Shown in pieces: positions 25,121-38,332 of a stretch of 64,000 bases of DNA. Position numbers and translations under genes: made by a program. The stretch is from Cycas panzhihuaensis (lineage: Eukaryota > Plantae > Cycadophyta). The notes beneath the pieces were generated by a model. That model searched no databases. It saw only the letters and a list, made by a program, of their open reading frames with translations, and was not told the DNA's origin. Location: positions 217,627,741-217,691,740 of the forward strand of contig CM041465.1 of the NCBI GenBank assembly GCA_023213395.1, read 5' to 3'. Position 1 is the stretch's first letter. Every line of letters begins with the position of its first letter.

Positions 25121-26377
25121 ATGATGGAGAATATGAGGGATAAAAGCCCATCCAACCAGACTCAAAGCCTCACTACGAGAAAATCATATCTAGAAGCACT
25201 AAATAAGGGAGAAATGGAACCCTTAGAAACAAACCCTATAATCCAAGATGATTTGATAAAAATACCTATCCCTAAGAAACTCATGGAGAGAAATGAAAAG
25301 TACTAGGAGAATAATTTGGTTGACAAATTTTTGGGCCAAAGATTAGGACTAAATGTCATTAGGAAATGGATGACCAATAGATGAAAACTAAGAAACCTAG
25401 TGGAGGTTATGGTGTTACCTCGAGAGTGTGTTATATTTAAGTTCTCAAACCAGGAATATATGGTTAGTATCATATTGAGAGCCCCATGGATTCTAGGGAG
25501 AAAAACCCTTTTCTTAGAAAATTAACATCAAAATTTTGATCCTATAGTACCAACTATGAAACAAATACCAATCTAGGTATAGATGTCAGGTCTACCCCTA
25601 GAAGTGTAGGATTTAGAAGTTATCAAAGGGGTGGTGAAGGCCATTGGGCCCCTCTTGGCCATTGACACTACTACTAAGAACCACGGTAGGTTGATTAATG
25701 CCAAGTTCTGTGTCTTAATAAGAATTGACAAACCCCTTCCTAACCAAGTTAGGATAGAGGTGAAGGGATGGAGTAAAGACCAAACCTTAGTGTATAAAGT
25801 GAAAAATCTTAAATTTACAAGATACAAAAGAAATGACCATTTACCTTAGAACTACCCAAGAGAGTTAAAAAAGGAAAGAGATGAGCAATATGGGCCAGAG
25901 AAATTAAAGGAAACATTGAGGCAAATTTCTAGAGAGAAAGAAGGGGAGGTAAATCAGGAGGAGGTAGGAGGACTAAACCTAGATGATGATGATAATTTGG
26001 ATGAGACTAGTAAAGTTTAGGGTCAAGAAGCTAGAGCTTATCAAGAGCTCTCACAAGGAAAAGATGAGGAATAAAGAGAAAGTCCCATAGTAGACGAGGC
26101 CCTAAAAGGAGCTCCCCCTACTTCTAGGCAAAAGACTACAGAGGACTAGGTGACCCAAATATGAGAGGAATCGATAGGGAGAGAAAAGGAGAAGGATTCG
26201 AATGAGTAGTAGAGGAGCATTGGGGAGCATAAAGGCCCAAACTTAGGTGGTGAAAGGAGGATAGGAAGACCTACCTTAAAGATGGCCTGAGAAAGGGAGG
26301 CAACATCCTAAATTAATCAGGGAAGCTAACATACTTTAAATGAAGGCGGGATGGAGGGCCCAAAGCTAAGAAGTAGG
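25121..26377 (+). pseudogene. L1 ORF1 (DUF4283-like region plus decayed zinc knuckle)
   Basis: KSYLEAL, NLVDKFLG, APWILG, IGPLLAID, AKFCVLIRIDKPLP. Confidence 0.85.
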
Positions 26378-26379
26378 AG

Positions 26380-29300
26380 ATGAGGTTTATCCCTTAGAAT
26401 GTGAGGAGATTAAATGTCCTATCAAAGTAAAGAATAGTTAAGGATTTACATATGAGACTAAAGTTAAACATCATCTTGCTACAGGAAACTAAGATAGAGA
26501 GAAATAATAGATTAGCTATTAAAAATAAGATATGGAAAATAATGGAAATAGAGATGAAGAAATCTCACCATGGTTTTGGAGGGCTAGTAGCCCTATGAAA
26601 CCCTATGCTCTAGCAAGAAGAGGTTTGTATGATGGACAACCACTTCATGTCCATTTGGTTCATAAGTAGGGAAATAAACTAAAGATGGCTAGCTATAAAT
26701 GTTTACTCCCCCACCACCATGGAAGGGAGAAAGGAGTTATGGGATAAGATTTTGGAATTCCATAAGAACTTGTATGGCCCATGGATGGTGGTAGGATATT
26801 TTAATATTACTCTTTTCCCTGGTGAGAAAAAAAGGGGGCAGAAGGGATGGGTGCATAGTATGATGGATCTAGGTGATTTTATTTAGAAAGGAGGTTTGGT
26901 GGATGTTGACGTATGGGGAGTAAAATTTACATGGTCAAATAGGAGGTTAGGGGAACACCATATCCAAGTGAGATTAGATAGGATTATGGTAAATTATGTT
27001 TGGGTGAACCGATACGATGACTTTAGATTAAAGGCCTTACCAAGGATGACCTCAGATCACTCTCCTTTATTATTTGACTTTGAGTTTAGCAAAAAGCGTG
27101 TGGGTGCATCTTTCCATCTTGAATTGATGTGGGTGAAACATCTTAATCTAAGGAATCTGATAATTGATTGGTAGAGGATTCCTATTAAAGGTAGTGTGAT
27201 GTTTATATTATCCAGAAAGTTGAGCTGGGTTAAGAGGAAAATAAAAGAGTGGAATAAAAATATGCATGGAAATATTTTCATCACAAAGGACCAGCTAGTG
27301 GAGGAATTAAAAGGAATTGAGGAGCATATAGATAAGGATGGAAGAACTCAAGACTTGGACCTAAAAGAGAGAGATATATCTAAGAGGCTAGATGAGACTT
27401 TAACCAAGGAAGAAATATTATGGAAGCAGAAATCGAGAGCTCTTTGGCTGGCAAAAGGAGATAGGAACACTAAGAATTTTCATTTGATGACTCTAAAGCA
27501 TAGATCCTATAATCAAATAAATAAGTTATGTAATAAGCAAGGGACAAAAACCAGTAAAGAGGTGGAGATTAAGAAGATTATAATGGAATACTTCTAGGAG
27601 TCATTAAAGGAGTTGTGCAGTCTAGACCTACAGGCTAGAAAGAAATTTATAGAAAGAATTCCCAAGCTAGTAATTGATGATCAAAACAGGGACCTATTAG
27701 ACCTCTTCGCTATAGAAGAGATGAAAGGGGTTGTGTTTAGTATGAAGAGGGATAAAGCACCAAGACTAGATGGATTCCCCTCAGGTTTTTTCTAAAGTTA
27801 TTAAGATATTATTAAGAAGGACCTCATGGTGGCCCTGGGGGAATTTCATAAGAATGGTGAAATATTAAGAGAGGGGAAAGCTACCTTTTTAATCCTAATC
27901 CCTAAAAAGGGAGGAACCAAGAAAATATAGGACTACCACCCAATTAGCCTCTGTAATATTGTTTATAAAATTCTAACAAAGGTACTAGTGAATAGATTGA
28001 AGAGGATATTACCAGATATTATCTCCCATAATCAAGATGGTTTTGTGATAGGGAGACAGATATTGGATGGGATTATTATTATTTATAAGACCATTCACTC
28101 AACCTACTAGAGGAAGGAAGTGGGGATGATAGTGAAAATCAATCTATCTAAATCCCATAATAGGGTATCTTGGGAGTGCCTCCCAGATTACCTCAGGGTG
28201 TTTGGTTTTGGTGAGAAATGGAGGGAATGGATGGACCACTATATTTCCAAGCCCTAATACTCATTATTAATAAATGGTACTTTGATAGGCTTTTTCCCTG
28301 GATATAAGGGCCTTCATCAGGGAGATCCATTATCCCCCTATTTATTTATTATTCTAGCTAAGCTTTTGGGGAGGGTGACTGAGGACACTAGAAGGTAAGG
28401 GGTGATTAAAGGAATAATGCCTACCTATAGGATTAATAACATAGTTTAGTATTAATTTATTGATGACAACATTCTTCTAGGCAAGGCATCCTTAGAGGAG
28501 GCCCAAGTGATTAAAGTTGGTCTTGAACATTATGAGAGAGCTACCAATCAGATAGTTAATCGAAATAAAAGTAGTGTGTTTTTTATGAACACAAAGGAGA
28601 AGGTGCAAAAGAAGATTAGTAGGATATTGGAGATTCTAATCAAGAAGTTCCCTTTGGTTTATTTGGGCATGCCCCTATTTTTAGAAAAAATGACACGGGA
28701 GGCCTAGACTCCTATCATAGATCACATCCAAAGAAACTTAGTGGGATGGAAAGGAGCCTTATTAAGCCAGGCTAGTAAGAGATGAATGCTATTAGTTATT
28801 CTCTAGAGTGTTCTAGTATATATGATGTCAGTCTTTAGGATCCTAACCAAAGTTATAACAATATTAGAATTGATCTAAAAGATGTTTATTTGGTTAGGGG
28901 CTAAGGAGAAGGACAAGGTTCATCTGGTTACATGGGAGAAAGCATACTAGCCTAAATGGGCAGAGGGCCTAAACCTCGGAAGAGTGGAAACTTTTAATAG
29001 GGCCTTGGTGGAAAATTTGGGATGGCATTTATCCATGGGAAAAGGGGCACTTTAGGAAAGGATCTTAGCTCAAAAATATCTCCATGGTTAGAAACTTTTG
29101 GTGGAATTCCCTGGGGCTCAGTCAGGATCTTCTATATAGAGAAGTATACAATAATCTAGATAGATGTTAGTTACACGCTTATAGTAGAAGTTGGGTGATG
29201 GAGATTCCATAAATTTTTGAGAGGACATGTGGTGTGGATAAGCTCAACTATCCAAAAGGATAGAATTGGATACCTTGAGGGAAGAATATATAAAATTTTA

Positions 29301-30603
29301 TGGTACTAGAGTCAAAGACTATTGGGATGAACAGGGGTGGATGAGGAGATAGAAACCATTTAAGGAACTTGAGAGGTACCTACCCCTTAAAAAGGTGATA
29401 GAGGAGATAATAAAAACCCTTTCACAATGCTATATCCCTAAATTTAAAGAGGCTAATGAAATGGTTTATCCTTTATCCCCTTCTGGGGACTATACAATGA
29501 AGCACAAGTACCTTTTTCTATGTTTAGAGGAAGGGGCACTCAACTCTTCCTTATTGAATAAAGTTTGGAAAATGGGATTAACTCCTAAAGTGGTGGCATT
29601 CCAGTGGATATGCTTAAAGAACAAGATTCTAATGGTGGATAATATGCAAAGAAGGGGCTTTGCGATGGCAAACATGTGTGTTTTATGTTGTGAGGAAGAA
29701 GATTTGGTGGATCATATCCTTCTTCACTGCTTTTAGTCTAGGAACATTTGGAATGTCATCTGGGCCAAGTTTGAGATGGAGTGGGTAATAATAAAAACCA
29801 TCAAGGAGCAAACCTGGCTTGGGTTAGTCCTTTTAGAAGTAAGAACGTAACATACATTTGGAAAATTACCATGCCAGAGTCGATGTCAAATCTATGGAAG
29901 GAAAGAAATAGAAGGGTCTTTTAGGGGAAGAAAAGGGATATAATCAAACTCTTAATATCTATATGCAATGCCATAATGGAACTTGTTAACATATATGAAA
30001 AAGAAGAGAGTTGCATCATGGAATCATAAGAGGTAGATTTAAATAATTGGGGAGTAAGGAGGGTAAATATTAGATCCAGAAATAAGGATATGTCCCTAGA
30101 CCCCTCCCCCAAAAAATTGGGTGAAAATTAATTTTGATGGGGCTACTAAAGGGAACCTAGGGGAGGCTGGGGGATGCAGCATTTGCAAAAATTTAGATGG
30201 AAGTATTTTGTGGGCCTTTGCTAAGTCCTATGGTAGCCAAACAAACCATAAGGCAAAGATGTCATCCATGAGGAAAGTGGTGGAGATGGCCCTAAAGGAA
30301 GGCCATGATAGGGTCATTATTGAAGGGGACTCCCTAAATGTAATAAACATGCTTAGAGAGGAGGTTGCACCTGATTAAAAATCAACAACCATGATCAAGG
30401 ACATTTAAAGAGTTCTTAGGAGTAGAGGGGAGATGAAGATCTCTCATACATATAGAGAAGGGAATGGTGTTGATGAAAGACTAGCTAATTATGGGGTACT
30501 AAACCAAAGAAATTGCATATGAAAAGAGGATATTCCTAAGGAGGTTTTTAGTTGGGTGAAGGAGGATTTGAAATCCATATCTCATAGGGAGGATCAAAGC
30601 TAG
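26380..30603 (+). pseudogene. L1 ORF2: AP endonuclease, RT, zf-RVT, RNase H
   Basis: LLQETK, FTWSN..RLDR..SDHSPL, WKQKSRALWLAKGDRNT, PISLCNIVYKI, GLHQGDPLSPYLF, CVLCCEEEDLVDHILLHC, VKINFDGATKGN..IIEGDS; many stops. Confidence 0.95.
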
Positions 30604-30882
30604 CTAATAGGCTTATCATGGCATGGGGGTGATTTTGGGTTTATTAATTATTAAGGGATAACTAGGCCATGGACTTATCATGGCAAATTTGAAAGTTGAA
30701 AGGTAGCTTTTATAATAGAGTTAGGGCCCTTTAAACCCCTTCATTTATACCATACCAAAAAAAAAAGTAAACTAAAATAAGTTCATAGTAAAACCTTGAT
30801 AGGTAGACACACTCATAATCTTATAGCCTGACTTAGGGTCAAAATAGGCTCGGACCAAAGCTTTAACTAAGGATCTAACCAT

Positions 30883-30895
30883 GGCTCTAATACCA
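30883..30895 (-). promoter_or_regulatory. PBS (tRNA-iMet) of the non-autonomous element
   Basis: Reverse complement TGGTATTAGAGCC, 2 nt from the LTR. Confidence 0.85.
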
Positions 30896-30897
30896 TA

Positions 30898-31284
30898 TGT
30901 TAGAATATGATGCAAGTAAAACATTCTTTGATACCAACTAATAGAAATAAAAGTATAAAAACACAGGTTACATCGGTTCTAGGATCATACAAGATTATGA
31001 GACTATGCCATACTAGTGGAAATAAAGAATAAACATAAACATATACATATATAATAGAACATACTTGTGGGAAATTTCCACCTCTAAATTGCATTATCAA
31101 ACTTGTATATATTTATAGTACATTATATCAACTGGCTACCCAACCACATTCTAGGAACAACTTAATCAACCAATGACTAATTGCATGAAGAAGTGTACAT
31201 ACTATGACCCCTAGTACACATTAAAGAGATAACCATATTGATTCACATCAATTAAATATTTCCATAGGTTAACATTACCCAATA
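30898..31284 (-). repeat. 5' LTR of the non-autonomous element
   Basis: Homologous to 16084-16436, with a ~35-bp indel. Confidence 0.9.
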
Positions 31285-31668
31285 ATCATTTTAAATGAAC
31301 CATTTTTGGTTTAAATATAAAATTTTATTATTTTTTAAGAAAAATTATCATTTTTTTATCTATAAGGTTCTTTACATAGAAGTCCATGGTACTAGGAAGA
31401 ACTAAATAGTATTACAAAGTAATACAATGTTATGGTACTACAAAAATTATATTTTTGCAGTACTACTAAAATCTCAATGATACACTTTATCTATCATAGG
31501 AGAGGCAAAAAACTTCAGAAGATAGGTTATTTTAGTAAATTTTAAAAGTTTTTTAAGACTCATTTAGCTAGTTTTAATTGATTTATGATTGTTCTTAGTT
31601 TATTCATCTTGAATGAATATTTGTGGAAATTTTCTAACTCATTTTTTATTATTTTCTAGCATATTATT

Positions 31669-32900
31669 ATGGTGAATAATTGTGACAACTCTGGTTCTCC
31701 CATGCTTACTCTTGCCCATAATATGGATGATCAGACTAGATGCATCCTGGCACATTGTGGTCTCCTACAAACCATCACATTACAATAGTACATCTTAGAT
31801 TAGGCCTTATTGATAGATATCATCACTCACTAGGATAAGAGATGACAATCATTTTACTTACTATTAGTTAGAGATGTGAGTGTGACTACTTACATCATGT
31901 GGAGGATTTTGAGGGTGCCCTATATTAAGGCACCTCTTGAGTTAAGACCATTGCCTAACACCACTAGAGCATATGCACAAGTTGTTAGGTTCCTTTATTG
32001 AAGAAGAGACTAGGATAGATAAGGAGAGAATGTTATCCACATGCTTACTTTAGAAGTTTCTCTAGCATAGAAGCTCATCATCTTCACTATCCTATTTTTC
32101 ATTACTCATTGCCATAACTACACTTAGTTTTAAGGTAGATGAATGGAGGTGATACAATGCTATGAGGTTGAGGAGAAGCTTGAATATACCACATTAATTA
32201 TGGCCAATGTAAAGGCATAATTAGACTAAATCTACCTAGCTAATCATGGTGAATTTTCTTATTAGACTCTCTTATAGTGTTGGTTCTTCAATTATTTTAT
32301 ATGAGTGGTACTAAGAGTAGGACCCTAACTAGTAGTAGATAAAGGGCCCTTAGTTTATAGATGGTTAACTAGGTTTTATAGTCTCAAAGCAACTAAGCAA
32401 TTAAGCAGGATTATATATGTTGAGTCACTAGACACCATAGGGATAAACAAATATACTATAGATTCCCATGTTAGAGTTCATTGGGATTTAGATGTTAAGG
32501 AGGAGGCAATGGCTATAGAGGGGGGATATGAAGGTGGAAAATAGGGACTAGAACAAATTACAATTAAGGCCATGCCATAAGGGGACCTAGCTTAGGTTGT
32601 TATAGTTGTAGAGATAACTAAGGGCCTAGTATGTAGAGGCATGGATTGGGTAGGCAGGCCTATGTAAGGAGACAATAATGAGGGCCTCATTGATGATGTA
32701 AATTCTATCTTACTCTTTATTTTTTTTAATACTTATGAATTAATTTAATTTCTCTTTTGATTATTGATTTTATATCCCTTGTAGTCACTATCTCCTTCTT
32801 ATTTCTTATGTTATAGATGGTGGTTTTACTCTAGACGTTGTACACTAGATTATAGACTCATTGTTTGGGATAGTGTATATAAAGAGGCAACCTACTATTT
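31669..32900 (+). pseudogene. Plant mobile domain (PMD)-like gene of the host gypsy, antisense to pol
   Basis: MDDQTRCILAHCGL..ALLIDIITH*D..VTTYIMWRILRVP aligns with LDDVGWGILQACGL..VLYDFVSCW..TTPRDVGRIMGV at 38.4-38.6 kb. Candidate introns at 31526-31659 and 32698-32784. 3' end approximate. Confidence 0.65.
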
Positions 32901-33059
32901 TGGATACTAATAAGCTATCCCTTATTATTAAAGGAGTGTAATACTCCTATGCGTATTACCTAAGGGAGGAGATTCTACTTGTGATATAGAATAGGATACT
33001 ATAGTAGACACAAAAGATTGATATGTTATTATAAGCCTTCTTAATATAGTAACATACTT

Positions 33060-33300
33060 CATCATAGTTTTACCTCTTTTAATGATTAATTTGGAGGTTT
33101 TTCTTATTGGGCTCCTAGTAGATCATAGATGAATTAGGCTGATTTTGGAGCCATGATCTAATTTATACTCATAGAGGAGTGTAGTATAATTTAATCTTAT
33201 TTTGAAGTGAACGTAGTTTAAGCTTATTTTAGAGCTTATATAGTTTAAACTCATTTTGAGGATTAAGGCAGTTTAAGCTTATTTTAGAGGTTGGGCTATG
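33060..33300. repeat. Motif repeats downstream of the host integrase
   Basis: CATAGTTTTACCTCTTTTAA at 33063, then several TAGTTTAA(G/A)CT(T/C)ATTTT units. Confidence 0.75.
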
Positions 33301-33304
33301 TTAT

Positions 33305-34127
33305 TAGCCATAGAAATTTTTAAGAAACTATCCATTGATATATTTCTCAAACCTAAGGCCCTCAAGAGTAGAAATTTGATATGCACCATTTTAAAGATCT
33401 TTTAGAGCCACAAATGGGTCTACCTATTTAGGAGTGAATTTTGAGAGATGATCATATAGATACTCAATCTTAAGGATCTTGTCTCTTAAGGAAAATTTAC
33501 AAGGCCTTATATATTTATCATAAGCTTAATGTGCTTTGAATTTAGAGGCTAAATTCTTTTGATATGTAATTAAGTGATCTTCATCTAAGGCTTATAACTC
33601 TAAGAGGCATACCTAGAGATGCCACTCTTCATTGATAAAATCCTTCATTGACAACCTTAGAGATTGAAACTCCACTTCAATTGGAAGGATTACTTATGAC
33701 CTATAAATAAGTGAGAAGGGTGTTATGCTTATGGCAGTTTATATAGATGTTTGATAGGCCCACAAGGCAAGGTATAATTATTGGTGCCAATCTCGATAAG
33801 ATTTTAACACTATTTTCTTCAAGATTGAGATAAGTGTTTTGTTAAATGCTTAAACCTATATATTTGCCTGAGGGTAATAGGGGTTTTGGGTCTTATGATT
33901 TATATGAAATTTGTCATATAGTTCATCTACCTCCTTATTACAACATAGGGTTCTATTGTCTATAATTAAAACATCTAACACTTCAAAATAACATATAATG
34001 TACTAGAAGATGAATGTAATGATGTTATAGGTCATTAAGGATAAAGGAATTTACTCATCCCATTTTGTAAAATGCTTAATCATAGTTAAGATAAATTATG
34101 TTGTGATCAAGATGGGGATGTAATAGT
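33305..34127 (-). pseudogene. Host gypsy integrase core and C-terminus
   Basis: FILTMIKHFTKW, PYYPQAN..AFNKTLISILKK..DWHQ*LYLALWAYQTS..TPFSLIY..LPIEVE. The sequence continues from WPFSLWCLDLIG at 51922-51960 across the inserted element. Confidence 0.9.
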
Positions 34128-36550
34128 AGGTGGTGTTCTAGGGGGCTCTTAGGTTTGATCCTTAGCAAGGTTGCCAAAAAGATGATTGGGGCTTAGAGGA
34201 GACCAAAACTTATTATCTCTTAGTTTCTTTAGTGATTAAAGATGGGATACATAAAGTTTAAGAGGACCTAAAGGACCATCTTTGCCCAACTCCTAAGGAG
34301 GAGTCTTTGCCTAGTAGTACCACCTACCTAAGTGTAAGGGGGTATGATGAAAGGTGTGGATATGAAATGGGGTGATAGAATTTAGTAACCTATATGACTT
34401 GATGAAGGAATTCTAAGTTCGTAACTGCACTTATAATATCCTTAATATCCTTCTTAGGGACTCCTCTCTTGTATTCATTTCAACCTTTTGAGTTTTACTA
34501 AGATGTGAGAGAGGGTAGGCTAATGGAAATGATAGTTTATCTTGTTTAGGTTTCTAGGTTTTGGTATGGTTGCAAAGATAGAAAGCCAAGAGAGCAAGAC
34601 AATACAACCAAAGAAACTACAATTTCAAACTCACATAAATTTTTTTATGTCTTTTTTTTCTTTGTGTTTTTGTGTTTATGAAAGTAAAAGCAAATAAACT
34701 ATAAACTATGCAAGCAATCCATTTTATTTTTTATTTTTTAATGAAAGATACATATGCAACTATGAGATATGTTTCCTATATGCAACATGCATGATTCATT
34801 TCAAATAGGATGATGCTATGCAAAATCTAAAACAACCATATGATTTTTATAGAAATTTCCTTTAAAAGAGATTAATCAACATGTAAAACTAGTCAATATG
34901 TTCCAACCTTGATGCATGCAAATAATTCTATTTAAAAGGTGATAAAATAATACACAAAAAGAGAGATCCTTAAAAAAGAAAATACTATTATTTTGTGATA
35001 ATTTTTAGACTATGATATGATAGACAAGTCATAAATCTGAACAATAATCATACATGAAAGAATAATCACCAAAGGTTTTATTATAATTGGAGTAGTAAAA
35101 GCTCTAAAAGGAATTCTTAAACCTAATGTAAAACTAAAAATTAGAGATGTTTCAATCAAACAACACTATCAACTTTTCATTCTCAAGATAGAAGAGCTAA
35201 CTTGAAAATAAAAGTTCATGTAATAACAAATACAAAATAAATATTTCTTTCCTATTATAAAGAACTCCTTAGAATGGCAGTTTTCTTTTCACTTAATCAA
35301 CTTTCCCACACACCTTCCTTCAACGTAAGACCAAAGAAGGAAGCATGAATAATCCAAAGAGGCCAAACTAGAGCCAAATAATGTTGAAAGAGAATGATAA
35401 ACTAACTATAATATAGGTTGCTATGAGAGAGTGGGAAGTAGTAACTAGATGTATAGGGGAGAGATGACCATACCCCACCCTAGTCTATCCTTAAGGAACC
35501 CCACAAAGGGTTGATCTTTTAGCATATATTTGAGTATCAAAAGTCCAAACAAGAGTATGAGAGTAATCAACCAGTGAAAAGAAATAACTCTAAGTCAAAA
35601 TTACCTTAAACACACCATGAAACAAGCTTGAAACTCAATAGGAAAGATCTTACCAAATCAAGAGAAGTTTGAAGCATAAAACTGATGAAGATCTAAGGAA
35701 ATAAAAGTTTAGACTATTAATAATCAAGTAGCAGTGATACAGCAACAAAACTTCCTTGAGATTTGACCCAATAATCCTCAGAAAATAAAAATTTCAAAGT
35801 TATAGTAGCAGTCCTTAAGAAATATCCAAAAAGACTTCACAAAATTTCACAATACTAGAGCCAAAATCACTTCTTCTCTTCTCATTTTTAATAAATAATG
35901 ACTCTAATATTTCTGGGCATTGAGAGAATCAAATCCTATCAAATCTAAGTGGCGACATATAAAAATTTTAGCGATCTGCCTAATTTTTTATTGCATGACA
36001 GTGAAAATCATAATTAATCACATTTTTTACCTAACAAAAATGTGACTTTGTTCTAAAAACATGACCGATCACATTTTTGATAGGGTGGAAATTACAATTT
36101 TAGTAAAGTGAAAATTTGACCAAAAAATGATAACAATTAATATTTAATAAGCATTCAACCACAAAAATGAGTCTACTAAAGAGTAAATAAGTCCAAAATT
36201 AGGTGAAATGCATTAAGTACATGCCCAAAGAGTGATAAATAACAAAATCATGGGTGAAATCTTGAAAAAAAAAAAAAAAACAAGCTTTGAAAGAAGCATG
36301 AGGTTAAGTTGATTATAAAGAAAACTTTATTTCCATAGTTTACGTCATCAGTAGAATAACGAGAATACAGGTTACAACATCATTCATTACATTTCATCAA
36401 TCAAAGATCACACATCATTTCAATAAAACAAGGCCCAATCCATTAAATACAATTAACATACATCAATTACCATCTACAAAATCATATAATATATACCAAT
36501 TTATCAACATAATCCAAATGCAAATGAAGAGGCCAAGTTTTGGTGAAACA
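34128..36550 (-). repeat. 3' LTR of the Tat element (~2.42 kb)
   Basis: Direct repeat of 49538-51916; PPT reverse complement TTTATCCCCT at 36551-36560. Confidence 0.95.
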
Positions 36551-36744
36551 TTTATCCCCTTGACACCTGAGGCTCCTATTCTAGAAAGAGACATAGGATT
36601 GTGAGAGGTGGAAATGATGTGAATACTTGTTACTCTAGTGAAATTGATAGGAACTATATGAAATATATGGATGATGAGCTAATACTTCTCCATAGTAAAA
36701 TAAAATTTGTATTATAACTTAATTCCAAAAAGTTTTCTATTGGT

Positions 36745-37082
36745 AAAGTTACTCAAAAGGACTAAGTAATCATAACCAAAAGAGGTAATATTTATATCTC
36801 TTGCCCAAAAGTATTCGGCATCTATCGTCTCCAAAAACCAACCTAAAAGGGCTAGGTGTCAACTAGGTTACCCAAAAGGACTATGTATTTATTTAATAAA
36901 TATCATTACATTGATCTTCTTACCTAAATAGATTAGGTATTTGCTATTACCAAAAACTTACCTATTGCCCATAAACTGGATGAGACTTTCAACTTCAAAC
37001 CAACACTACCTACTACCCACAAATTGGATGGGACTTCATCACCAAACAGATACTATCTAATATCCACAAACTAGATGAGCCA
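36745..37082. repeat. Degenerate short-repeat tract, units starting TACCCA(A/C)AA
   Basis: TACTCAAAAGGACTA, TGCCCAAAAGT, AACCTAAAAGGGCTA, TACCCAAAAGGACTA, TGCCCATAAACTGGATGAGAC, TACCCACAAATTGGATGGGAC, TATCCACAAACTAGATGAGCC. Confidence 0.75.
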
Positions 37083-37098
37083 CTATTATATACCTGGT

Positions 37099-37550
37099 CA
37101 TAGTTTATCTCTCGTTAACCATGTATTTGAGGGAAGTCCTTTTGTTGGAATAAAAAGGATGGACTGTCATAGTTTAAGCTTGTTAACAAGTGACTTTTCG
37201 AAGCAAAATCTCTATATCAGAGCAAAAAGAATAGATTATTATAGTTTAAGATCATTAATAGATGACATTTTACAGTAAACCCATCATAGTTTAGCCTCAT
37301 TAATGGGGTTAGGGCTTTTGGAGATTGATTATCATCTTTTAACATCATTAATAATCAACTTTGGAGGGATCCCTTTCATAGTTTAGGCTCATTAACAGGT
37401 ATAAAAGCCTTGGAGTGTCGATCTTATCATAGTTTTAGCTCATTAATAAGTGGAAGGAGGTTTAGAGCATCTGGCCTTGTCATAGTTTATACTCATTAAC
37501 AAGAAAATAGAAGCTTAGAGTGTGATCTTATCATAGTTTATACTCATTAA
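37099..37550. repeat. Array of nine ~19-nt motifs CATAGTTT-N3-CTCATTAA with variable spacers
   Basis: Starts at 37099, 37168, 37240, 37285, 37333, 37377, 37428, 37481 and 37532. Confidence 0.9.
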
Positions 37551-38332
37551 TAAGAAAATGGAAGCTTAGAGTGTAAATCCCTTTGAAGGTAAGAATAGCA
37601 AATTGTTGTGTGAAATGGGATTCAACAACCAAATGAACTTCGAAGAGGAAAAAGAGCTCGGATAATCCCTTAATACCTTGAGCTTTATCAAAGTGAAAAC
37701 ACATATTTCTAATTCTTTAGTATGAATCTAGAGGAAATTATGATTGAATCAAAGTATATCTCATTTTAATAAGATCAACAGTTAGCCTAGAGGATTTAGT
37801 GGGTAAAAAGGGCCCCCTATATGAAAGAAAAATGGCAAAGAAAGATTTCATTTTCACAAGCATGAGGAAGGAAAAAGGAGAGCTTTTGAGGTAGTTTCTC
37901 TATATTTGAGTGGGATTACAAGCTCCTTTGGATAGGGTATCAAATCTATAGTATGTTTGAGGTCATAATGGAGTAGCGATCGAGGTACTTCGTGAGTGGA
38001 GTAATTTATTTATTTATTTATTTTTTAATTTAAAATGAAAAGTGCAATAATATATTGCAAAAAATATGAGCACTATATTAAAAACACGACTTTCAAATAA
38101 AAAATATGACAAACTAGTGAAAAACATGACTTCAATATTTAGGCCATAGGGGGAAGTTGCATTTTTCACAGTGAAATCATATTTTTCACTATGAAACTAT
38201 ATTTTTTATAGTGAAACTATAGCTTTCGATTTGTTAAACATGTTTTTTTTTAATTTCAAAAAAAAATTATTAATATACATGAAATTTTTAACTTGAAAAT
38301 AATGTTAACTAATTGAAATTATTGGAATGCAG

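Larger units (their letters stand above)
24510..30764 (+). mobile_element. Full-length decayed L1-clade LINE with C-terminal RNase H
   Basis: ORF1 and ORF2 remnants, poly(A) at 30757-30766, TSD AAGTATACTAAA (24498-24509) / AAGTAAACTAAA (30765-30776). Confidence 0.9.
16084..31284 (-). mobile_element. Non-autonomous LTR retrotransposon (tRNA-Met primed) hosting Copia A and an L1
   Basis: LTRs 16084-16436 and 30898-31284 (TGTTAGAATAT...GGTTAACATTACC(T/C)AATA). Exact TSD ATCAT at 16079-16083 and 31285-31289. PBS and PPT lie on the minus strand. The ~2.1 kb of its own internal sequence has no recognisable coding domain. Confidence 0.9.

Noticed and set aside
34159-34183. Tandem element sharing an LTR (PBS after the 3' LTR)
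   Set aside because: TSD ATAGT and the rejoined host integrase show this PBS-like motif lies inside the LTR.
37099-37550. CRISPR array
   Set aside because: Eukaryotic retrotransposon context, no cas genes, degenerate 19-nt repeat, irregular spacer lengths, and the last spacers are duplicates of each other.
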